DNA of 57,619 bases, the filler included, from Jimgerdemannia flammicorona (Eukaryota), in NCBI GenBank assembly GCA_003990765.1. It is 3 parts of 3 records of this genome, joined end to end, with 100 filler letters (N's around TTAATTAATTAA, not from the genome) between each part and the next. Parts side by side here need not be neighbours in the genome. Positions count along the whole stretch, not along the records: positions 1 to 19,142 come from RBNJ01002014.1; positions 19,243 to 38,383 come from RBNJ01002015.1; 1 more part is not named here. The stretch is one strand, 5' to 3'. Within the stretch, counting starts at the first letter, position 1. Every line of letters begins with the position of its first letter. Below are positions 14,301-23,750 of the stretch, piece after piece. Below the pieces are notes generated by a model, which was not told the DNA's origin, ran no database searches, and saw only the letters and a program-made list of their open reading frames with translations. A program made the position numbers and the translations under genes.

Positions 14301-14684
14301 AGTTTGCTGGCTCCTTGATCACCAATATTATTGTCTATAGAAGAGCCCACAGAACCTCGTCAGCTGGAATGACAAACGTATGAATGCAAAAATGTGACGC
14401 GCTTCGTCCGCCTACATACATTCTAGATTTAGGGTTTGTAGGCTCGTGTTGGTTTTCAGCGCTTCGGCTAGTGCACTGGCACCCTGACTGCCAATACAAT
14501 TGTCTATAAAGGAACCCACATAATGTATGCGCGTGGTTGTCAAATTGAATGCTAAAGAATGAATGCAATACATAATGCTCTTTGTCCTCATCATACATAC
14601 CGTGTAGATTCAAGCTTTGCAGGCTCGTGTTCGTTTTCAGCGCTTTGGCTAATGCGCATACCTCTGTATCTCCAAGATGATTGT
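11319..14684 (-). repeat. Tandem array of 20 exon+intron units, one LRR per exon
   Basis: Exons: 14601-14684, 14420-14503, 14251-14334, 14093-14155 (63 nt), 13924-14007, 13736-13819, 13560-13643, 13390-13473, 13210-13293, 13030-13113, 12855-12938, 12677-12760, 12508-12591, 12348-12431, 12168-12251, 12009-12092, 11843-11926, 11664-11747, 11483-11566, terminal 11319-11398. Internal exons all AG/GT bounded and phase 1. Consensus xNxIGDQGASALAEALKTNTSLQNLNLx. Confidence 0.95.
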
Positions 14685-17071
14685 CTATAGGGACCAATAA
14701 AAGGCTAACAGTTAAAATATGATATATTTTGATTTCATATGTTCTCAAGCTTGGAAGGCTCGCCTTTATTTGCACTACTTCAGCTACAATGCCAACTTCC
14801 TTGTTACTGCTGCTACAAGCTCAACAAATACGAATCTCAAACGTGAGCTGTGGCTACTAGATGTAGATATTATTGTTGTTATTATGTACCTGGAAGATGG
14901 AATTCCCTAAGTTGAAAACACTTCTGAAGAATATTGTTAAACCTACAAATAGGTAAAGGTTGATTTATCAGCAAGTATTATCTGATCAACAAGTGACTGA
15001 TCTGACATTAGACAAAAATATTAAATAAAAAATTGTCATACTCTATATTCTTTGTACGCTTTAGTCTAGATAAGCATTTTAATAGCAATATATCTTAGTA
15101 TTTATTATGTCAAATTCAACAAATAAAATATTAACAAACTTACATTAGTATTTCAATAGTGTTTACAGAATAAATAAGAGCTTCTACATCTTCTGAATGA
15201 GAATTTGTACAAGCTATAAAGCTATAGTTTGACTATTCATTAGTAATTATTAAAAAGTGAGGAAGGATTGAAGTCAAAATTATTACCTGATTTTACGCAG
15301 AGGGACATCACACAGTATGTGCACCACCAAATTTCGAAATGTATGTAAAAATTCATTTGATAAACCCTGGATTCTGTTTTAAAAATAAAAACTGTCATGA
15401 ATATGCAAACCGCTAGATATGAAAGACACATCATAGATCAGAAAATAATGCGAACTTCAATTCCCAAGTCTCGTCGTCAAACTTAACGCTGCGATCTATG
15501 GAACTGCTTTTGATAGCTGCATGGAGACTCCGAATAGCATTTGTCGTCTCCCATTCCAAGGCATGATTCTTGCACACCCATCGCACTGCTATACCACCGT
15601 TTTCCTCACGACGGAGCACGCGCTGCAGATTCCCAGGTCGGCTGGCGTTAGCCATGCCCGAGAGATAAGCTAAATATCGAAATTCGAAAAGAAAATATGA
15701 GTAATTAGCGCGCGCACACTAGAGAAGAAATAATCAATGTATCGCTGCACCTTGAAGTTCTCGTAGATCAGGTCTTTCCGTCGGTCCTGGAGTTCTTCCT
15801 TGCGCCTGAATCGACGGCGGAGCATCAGTCATATATATCTTGATCTGATTAAAAATTTTCTTAGTCTGTGCGCAGAACTCAAGTTCGTGATCCGTAAAGA
15901 TCGACGATTCTGTTTCCTTGTATACGGTTGAAGCAACTTGATCGCCAGCCCGTCGGACCTCTGCTGCCGCTTCCCGGAATGCAGGAACACATTCCAATAG
16001 CCGTCCTCCCAAGCGTACTGCCAGCAAAAGACAGGGCATGACCTATTTCGCACGAGAAATGTTAGATGGTGTGCAAAGAGTGTTCGGAAGTCCAAGCTCA
16101 AACAAATGACATACCATATGTATGTATGGCCCATATTTAGCAACAAACTGAAATAAATTTAAGTAGAGATATGTTAAGCAGAAAAATAAATACTGGCATC
16201 ATGATTGCTGGAGTGCGTGTGATATCGTATAATAAATAACATACCTCGCGTGGTCGGACAATACGGTAGCCGTCATGATATGCCAAATGAAACTGTTTTT
16301 TCGTGCTGCCATTTCCGATGGTTTCGTGCTCGCAGAGGAAGTATAAACGGAAGGTTTTGGTGAAGAAGCTGTCAATTGATGGGGCCCACCAATAACCATC
16401 CTCGGGAAAGATGAAGAAGAGTCGCGGAACTGTATCCTCATGGAGATCAAGAATAACCTTGGGCAGGCTGTCAACCTTGCCGTAAAGTTCGTCGAGGCTG
16501 CTGAATATGTCTCTCGTGTCTCCCGTGTCATTTATGTCTGCAGTATCACCCTTGTCGTTTATTATCTTCTGTAAGATCCATATACATATGGAGAAAAAAG
16601 AACAAAACGTTGAAGTTGCGTAAACGTCATAAGGATAATACAATAACACAAAATATCGATCTTTACTAACCGACGCCAGATCTGAAAATGGAGCTGAGAT
16701 GATGGAATATTTCGTTTCAGTTGGCAAGAGCATCGAAGATTTTAAGAAACGACGGTAGGGGTCATTCACTGGACGACAAAATTCCATGACAGTTGACTGG
16801 AATAATATATGTGATAATAGCTACCTTTCAATCGGGTAATCTCGTTTATAATTTTCTTCACAGGACCACCTCGTAAATTATACGGAGGTTCCAATAGGTC
16901 ATTTTCAGTGAGTAGAATGAGAGTGCCTCCGTCTGTTTCCTGATCGCGTAGGATCGCTACATGGTCGGGTTTCAATTCGAGAGCAGGGTGTTGAAAGTGC
17001 TCGAAAACTCTGTGTTCATTCCAGATCTTGATTTCGTCAAGCGAAGGAGTTGTAAGTTCTTTGGAGGACAT
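11319..17071 (-). CDS. Multi-exon SAM domain + uncharacterised middle domain + 20x RI-like LRR protein (receptor-like; no NTPase seen)
   Basis: Manual GT-AG splicing: 16825-17071 (SAM), 16671-16681 (micro-exon, tentative), 16245-16568, 16115-16147, 15751-16042, exon from 15669, tentative small exons ~14700-15375, then the LRR exons to TAA at 11319-11321. Spliced motifs PRLFFIFP, RLYFLCEH, HDGY..RPRE-FVAKYG, DLRELQAYL..GNLQRV..VRWVC..H. The link between ~14920 and 14684 is uncertain. Confidence 0.8.
16825..17071 (-). CDS. SAM-domain first exon, proximal copy
   Basis: ATG at 17071. W..(V)..F...L.L...H..IL.DQE.DG..L.LLT..DL.....L..GP..KI pattern typical of SAM domains. Phase-1 GT donor after 16825. 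Confidence 0.75.
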
Positions 17072-17415
17072 GGTATATCGATGAACTTTATGAAGAATTG
17101 CCGGCAGATGAGTATTCGATCCCAGAAGTCAAACAATTAAAACACAAGTTATAATACGATCCCAGATGACAGAGTTGTATGTTGCGCCAAGACAATAATT
17201 ATCAAAACAAAGAATTCGCACCTTCCGTAGATGATTTTTTCATAGATTCATGTTGACTTCCCGTTCCTAGTCAAAACCAAAAATGAAATTTACTTGTTTC
17301 AGTTGGAAGTTATGAAGAAATGACCATGACTGATGGTATGGACATTCACCGGACGGTAAACTCTTGAAGATCCTCCACAATAGTTGATTGGAATAATATA
17401 TGTGATGATAGTTAC

Positions 17416-17662
17416 CATTCAATCGGGCAATCTCGTTCATAATTTTCTTCACAGGCCCACCTCGTAAGTTATACGGAGGTCTCAATAGGTCATTTTCGGT
17501 GAGTAGAATAAGAGTACCTCCGTCTGTTTCCTGATCACGCAGGATCGCTGCGTGATCGGGTTTCAATCCGAGAGCAGGGTGTCGAAAGTGCTCGAAAACT
17601 CTGTGTTCATCCCAGGTCTTTATTTCGTCAAGCGAAGGAGTTGGAAGTTCTTTGGAGGACAT
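17416..17662 (-). CDS. SAM-domain first exon, distal duplicate
   Basis: Same 247-nt length, ATG and phase-1 donor as 16825-17071. Translation differs at only about ten residues. Confidence 0.7.
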
Positions 17663-18829
17663 GATAACGGAGGTAGAGAGGTGTACAACGATGAATTGCC
17701 ACCAGGCGAGTATCGTAATCAAATGAACTCTTTCAGATGTCAGGTTTGTTCTCGTGACACCTTCAGGATTGACGGACCCGAGCCAAATGCTATGAATATA
17801 TAGTATCTATACTATAATTGAGCAATCTACAAGTCATGAAGTCATGGGGTAGTGGCATAAACCTACGACCACCACCTCCATGTAGCATGTAGTACAAACT
17901 CTGTAATGAGCGATTGCCAACATTGTTTCCCAGGCCACCTTTTAAGGCACGTGGGATTTACAACGGTTGTCGATGTAATCACATGACGTTCTAGCGTGGA
18001 TTATATTAGTAAAAGGCTGTATAGATAGGGTTGTTTGTTAAGATAATAAAGTCAGATTTCAGCTTATTGGACTAGGAAGGGGAGAATTCGGTGAATTGAC
18101 AAGAACGCGCGATTAAGGGATCTGTTCAATAGGTTCATTTTCAGGCACTTTGGACAGGGCAAACGATTGTCCTTTATTGACTGCGAATTTCTGGTGATAT
18201 TTCACACGCCTCCCGCATGAATGCGAACAAGCCCCTTGTCGTTCTCTCCGTCGCCCAACCTCTAAAATCTTACCACCTAGGGCAATCAACCAATTCATCG
18301 ATGGTGCCAAACAATCTTCACAACCGCAGAGTCCCTCCATTCCCCCAACCCTCTGCGACCAGCTCCTTACCATCGAGGCTAAGGGTAATGTGTGACAAGC
18401 CCCTCACACACAATGTTCATTAAGCCCAAGCGTCTGCCGAAGCTGCGATGAATCGGTCAACAAACAGCGTGCTAGCTCCAAAGGGTACGTTTATTTATTC
18501 ATTCATTCTTATGGCAGTATAGAGTGTTCGGGATGCTCGACAGCAGTTTTATTTTGTCCAATGTGATGTTTTATTTCACGATTCCAGCGATTTGCTAAAG
18601 ATAGAGGCAGAGGCCGTACAAGCCATGGAATTGGGTATGTTGATAAGTTGGGTTTCGTGGGATGAAGGTGTGGTCGGGAATTTGAATGTGTCGAGAATGG
18701 GAAACATCATAATTTTCAGGAGGATCGGATGTACGAGCCGTTCTAATATTCCCTTACCCACTAAATCATTGCTTCATTGTTTTTCGATACACTCATCTCT
18801 GCTGATGCTGCTCAGGTTCACAAGTGGTA

Positions 18830-18867
<38 letters not shown>

Positions 18868-19142
18868 ACCCTCTCTCTCTATGATCGCGTAGAGGTCGAT
18901 ATCGCCCATATTAACTTCGCGATACTGAAATTCATGGCGCTGTCGGACTCCGATGGCGAGGACGATACAGTAACAGTGATGATGGTGACGATGGCGGCGA
19001 TGGCGGCGATGATTAAGAGGAGTATGACGCAGACGGTGGAGAAGTTTTGGCGCAAGTTGTTGTGATGAAGATATCATCTCGTACGTTATATACGCGTGGG
19101 CAATTCTTAAGTGAGAGGGATTGGAGTTTTTTTTTTTTTTTT

Positions 19143-19242
19143 NNNNNNNNNNNNNNNNNNNNNNNNNNNNNNNNNNNNNNNNNNNNTTAATTAATTAANN
19201 NNNNNNNNNNNNNNNNNNNNNNNNNNNNNNNNNNNNNNNNNN
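19143..19242. other. Assembly gap linker (N44-TTAATTAATTAA-N44)
   Basis: Artificial spacer with stop codons in all six frames. Confidence 0.97.
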
Positions 19243-19529
19243 CATGTTGTGTTGAGCTGATCCTTCAGGGCTTGCTTAATCTCATCTGTGTAATATGTGT
19301 TTCGGAGCCAGGTCTTCTGTGCTGTCAGTATGGCATTGGCATCATTTCCTGCATAGGTTGCGGCTATGAATGCTGCTCTGGCAGGGCCTCGTAGGCTGAA
19401 GGGCATGAGGGCTACTTGCTGTGCTGCTGTCAGGGTCCTTACAGTAGCATACTGCTCGAAATCATCAATGAAGGTGATGATTGATTCATCTGAGATATAT
19501 CCATGGAATACTGGTGGTCTCATATCCAT
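19243..19529 (-). CDS. gag: Retrotransposon Gag N-terminus (family A, young copy, cut by the gap)
   Basis: MDMRPPVFHGYISDESIITFIDDFEQY...LRGPAR, homologous to 27928-28350; just downstream of the PBS. Confidence 0.8.
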
Positions 19530-19591
19530 CTTGTCTGGGTATTGGAGCTCGGTTTGTATGGTTGTTCGGGTAGTGGCGGTTGTTCGTTGTT

Positions 19592-19643
19592 CAGCTTGAA
19601 AGTGAGGGATTCATCTTGAATCACCAGCCAATGGGCACCAAGT
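19592..19643 (-). promoter_or_regulatory. Primer-binding site and conserved leader (TGGTGCCCATTGGCTGGTGATTC...)
   Basis: TGG starts 3 nt after the LTR end. Same sequence at 28428-28479; decayed copies at ~6360 and ~35020. Confidence 0.8.
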
Positions 19644-20120
19644 TGTAATGTAGCAGACGCTTACTCTTGAAAGTACGTCGGATTTCTGTATCTTGAAAAC
19701 TTGACTGTTCTGACTCTCGCAGAGTCTTCTTGAAGTTGCAGGGGAGGGTGGGTGAGTTCGAAGTGTATCTGCCCGCAGGCTTACTAGTTCCTTTGCTATC
19801 TCTTTGCTTTGAACTATTTCGATCTGAGGTTTATTTACTTGAAGATACTAGGTTATTTATACAAGTTTGCTAGCTATGAGAGGGTGGCTAAGTAATAAAT
19901 GAGTCATTTGGACTTTGTTGAAACATTTGGACAATGTCTAAATGCTATACTAAATCGGGGTATCCGATTTGGATAATGTCTAAAATTTAGACAATGTCTA
20001 AGAAATTAGACAATGTCGAAATCGAGGACTGCTAACTATAATGCTATACTACTTTGGGAATGGGTGTGATCAAGTGTCTATTCCCTATTTCCTTCTTCCA
20101 AATCTGGCTGTACTGTCACA
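19644..20120 (-). repeat. 5' LTR, family A (477 bp, retains CpG)
   Basis: TG...CA termini. Minus-strand TATAAAT (19855-19861) followed by AATAAA (19830-19835). Confidence 0.9.
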
Positions 20121-20793
20121 ATAGATAGTAGTACTATTATTTTATAATCACTATCTTCTAGTTCTTTCTTAGATTCTGAATCTATTTCTATTACTATTTC
20201 TATAAGTATATTAAGCCTGGTCAAGCTATGGAAAGTTGAAGGATAGATACTTGGTCTCTGAAATATAAGTACAATTCTTGATATTCTTAAAACTACTAGG
20301 CTTAAAGAATTGGCTAGTCTAGATAAAGGTGAGATGGGTGAGACTTTTAAGAGAAATTAGATAATGTAATCTTTAAGTTCTTATATAGGTTTGTTAAAAT
20401 TTTAAATAAGATTATCTGTATTATCTGATTGGTTGGACTGAGACAATTCTTAGTGGTAAATCTATTAGTATTTCATAAGTATTATGAGCTATAAACTTGA
20501 TAATTAGGCTAGCAATAATAGAGAATTCTATGCAGTACTGGCTTTCTCTTAGAATTTTTCTAATAGTAGATAGTTGGTTAATCTTGAGGTAATTACTTTT
20601 CTTTCTATTTAAATACTACTGATGATTCATTCTTCTATAATAGTAGAGATTAGTATTATATCAAATATATTTAGTTTATCTATTAGGTTCTATAAGCTAA
20701 AAAGTTATATAGATTTCAAAAGTCTTCTTAGTTAGGTCTCTAAATATAATATATCAGCTTAATAAAGATAAATTATAAGATTTGATTAGCTAT
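20121..20793 (-). mobile_element. Decayed family B LTR-element remnant (probable internal region plus start of LTR at ~20745)
   Basis: 20745-20793 joined to 30106 onward reproduces the start of the solo LTR at 33276. Confidence 0.6.
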
Positions 20794-22348
20794 TGTCATA
20801 TAGTGGTCACTGAGTCCTTCAAATATGTCAGATTCTCTTCAAGATATATCTCTTAGACTAACTCAAGTTTGTTATAAGCAAGTTCTTATTGGAGTGCCTT
20901 CCTAAGGTCTTGTAGTCCTCAAACTTCTTATCTTTAAACTGTCTTGTTATCTCTTAGATTGCTTGTAAGAAAGTGTGTGTATTGTACTGAGAAGAACTGA
21001 CTTTATTGCAGAGGAAATAAGAAGAGTATTTATACAAAATATAATTCAATAGTTGCTAAGATATAAAGCTAAATATAAATTCCAATAACTAAAATAAAAT
21101 GCCAGGACAGGAAAAACTGCTAAGTTCCAGAGTCAGCACTAATAGTTGTATAGATTCAGAATGCTGGTATAATTTGGTATTATATCAAAATACTGGTACT
21201 GGCATTATTTAGTATTACATCAAAATGTCAGTACTGGCATTATTCAGTATTATATCAAAATGCTGGTACTGACATTATTTAGTATAACTAAGAGACTTAG
21301 AGCAGAATGTTCAAGACCATAGGAGTTTCATCATTAGAGATCAGGATGTCTTTAAAGGAGATGAGGTCTATGAACATCTCATCTGTCTCATCATTGTCAT
21401 CACATATGTCATGCAAGATGATATCATCACTGATGATATCATCACATTTGGCAGTAGGGAAATCAGGGACTCTCCAATCTATGAGGTTCTCTTCTACAAA
21501 ATAAGGGACAAATGTGGGGTCTTGGGGAGGTCTAACCTGAATGCTTGGGTCTTGGAATACTGAGATCAATCCTTGTAGGAATTGGTCTGGGTTGTCCTGA
21601 AGGATGGGATGTCAGAAGTCTTCTACTTCATCACTATTGAGAGTGATAGTGGACTGGGCTTCTGTAGCCACCCTGGCTTTTAGTGCATTGATATGGTGGA
21701 ATGACAGGTCTCTGAAATCTGAGACTCTAACATACTCTAAGTTGGGGATCAACCATAGTACATGCCTGAAGATCTGATGAATCTTCTTAGCTATTCTCAT
21801 TTCATATATATCCATGGGAGTGGTATCTTGTAGCTCTTAAGTGCTGGCCTGTGGGAACTCCTAGTAGAGGAGGTTTTCTATTTCATATTCCTGCCATATT
21901 TGGAGGCATTCAGTAGCAATGGTGATTCTGGTTTCCATTTCATAATGATAGAGGATATAGTGATAAGGGTCACCAGTATCTAGGTTGACACTCGGAGTCC
22001 TTCTTGAGTGGGTCCTCATGGCTCTTCTGATGTCTTAGAACATCCTTTCTTCAATTGAGGTGCCTTGGTGGTTCCTTGACCTTGAGGTTTGGCAAGCAGC
22101 AGACATTTTATTTGTAGTGAGTCTTTGAGCTATTTTGGGATTGATGGGTCTTGTTGGTTGTTGTTACTGTAGTTTCTTGATACTTCTTTTATATTCCTCA
22201 AGATGCTTGTACTGTGGTCACAATGACTCACAGTTGGTCATCATTGCTCATCTCATATGCTGTATAATCTTCTTATGCTCTGATCTGGTGACTTGTAAGG
22301 AAAGACTATCTCCTATGCTGATGTCATCATTCTGGGGTCACTGTTACA
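20794..22348 (-). repeat. 3' LTR, family C (1555 bp)
   Basis: Direct repeat of 28480-30101. TGT...ACA termini. About four 35-bp tandem units at ~21160-21290. Confidence 0.92.
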
Positions 22349-23324
22349 TCTTTCTCCTAAATAAGGATCTTCTCAAGCATCCTTATTCATTGGTCCAGTC
22401 CTGAAAAATTTGCTGATCTCATAACTTCTGGTAAGGGGTCGAAAAGTAGTGTTTATGGACTGGTATCTTCCCTTTGTATTTTGGTATGATGGTGAAGGGT
22501 TACTCCCTTTATATAGAGCAAGGGCCTGATTCTGATCTTGACCAATCAGTTAACAGTTCAAACTCCTCTGGCTTCAAAAGTCTCATGGATGAGTAGTTGC
22601 TGGTGCTGTATCCCTTAGAGAATGGTCCAGACAGATAGCCTGCTGATCACAGGACATGCTGTTACAATTCATAGACTAGAACCTCACAGGTGGTCATCAC
22701 ATTTTGCTTCTCTTATATAAGTTCATGGTACTTCTTGAGTCTGTTCCTATGTACTATAGTAGGCAGTATGGTCTTTGAGATTTTTCTAAGCCAGAAGGTA
22801 GTTCTCTTGATATCTTGCATATAAAAGAGTCCTTCCCATTTGGGCTCTAGTTTTTGTGACCATGAGGCTTCTACCATATTTCGATACAGTAGAACCTTTT
22901 CTCTGATTCAGATAGATTCTAGGGTCTTGTGATTCTTTTCCGTGTTTTTCCTTATCAGTGCTTGTAACTTGATGATGTAATCTTCAGCCTTCTTCCTGAT
23001 TTGGTGTAGTTTCTGGATTTCTGTATCAACTCATCTCCAAGTTAGGTCTAGATTTGTGGCTGAGGTTCTATCAGAATCTTCTTCTCCAAAGAGTAGTTCC
23101 CTTGGGGTAAAGTGTGTACTCTGTGATCATATGTCTCATAGGATAGAGAGGGTGGTTGGGAGATAATTATCCCAATTCTCATATGTCTCTGAGATCTTCA
23201 CCAGGATGTTCTTAAGGGTCTTATTAGTTCTCTCTATCTGTCCATTTCCTTGAGAGTAGTACACAGTGGTCTTGATGTGCTGGATCTTGTATTTCTGATA
23301 CATTATCTCATGGAATCCATTAAC

Positions 23325-23750
23325 TAGTGCTCCAAATGAGTCAATCCAGATGGGATTTGGATGGATTCGAATCAACCATTGTTTTGATTTCCAAATTAGA
23401 CAATTAAATGTTTACATCAATAACTCAATGAATAATCATCCATATTTGATGATCTTGGTGTCATTTGAAAGCCCTTAATAAGGCCTTTCTAATGATATCA
23501 AGAACATTAAAATCGGATTACGTGTTGCCAATATATTAAGGAAAATATTCCATTTGATAAAATTTCCAAAATCAGCAATTCAGACATTTTTCTTCATAAC
23601 TCAGCAATGCATGATCCGATTTCAATGTTCTTGATATCATTAGATAGGCCTTATTAAGGGATTTCAAATGACACCAAGATTATCAAATTTGGATGATTAT
23701 TCATTGAGTTATTGATGTAAATATTTAATTGTCTAATTTGGAAATCAAAA
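23325..23750. mobile_element. Foldback/MITE insertion within integrase
   Basis: Starts TAGTGCTCC (same as the TIR at 36374). ~150-bp inverted arms at 23380-23528 and 23604-23752. Flanks CATTAAC/CATTGAC duplicate integrase codons. Confidence 0.8.

Noticed and set aside
11319..14684. CRISPR-like or DGR-like array reading of the repeat region
   Set aside because: Units are spliceosomal exon+intron pairs encoding LRRs. There are no unique spacers, no cas genes and no adenine-specific variation.
11475..14775. ORF-track proteins across the LRR array as separate genes
   Set aside because: They are read-throughs of introns or off-frame translations of one spliced gene.
15431..15736. Stops at 15734 and 15431 as evidence of a pseudogene
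   Set aside because: Both fall inside plausible GT-AG introns. Splicing 15751 to 15669 restores DLRELQAYL; the donor before 15431 is more tentative.
18592..19077. Polyproline and polyglycine ORFs
   Set aside because: Produced by a poly(C) tract at ~18832-18865; no other support.
19187..19198. TTAATTAATTAA palindrome between N runs (also 38428-38439)
   Set aside because: Artificial scaffold linker. Adjacency across it is not guaranteed.
19592..19640. tRNA gene ending in CCA
   Set aside because: No cloverleaf or correct T-arm spacing. It is the complement of the PBS, and the primer tRNA could not be assigned.
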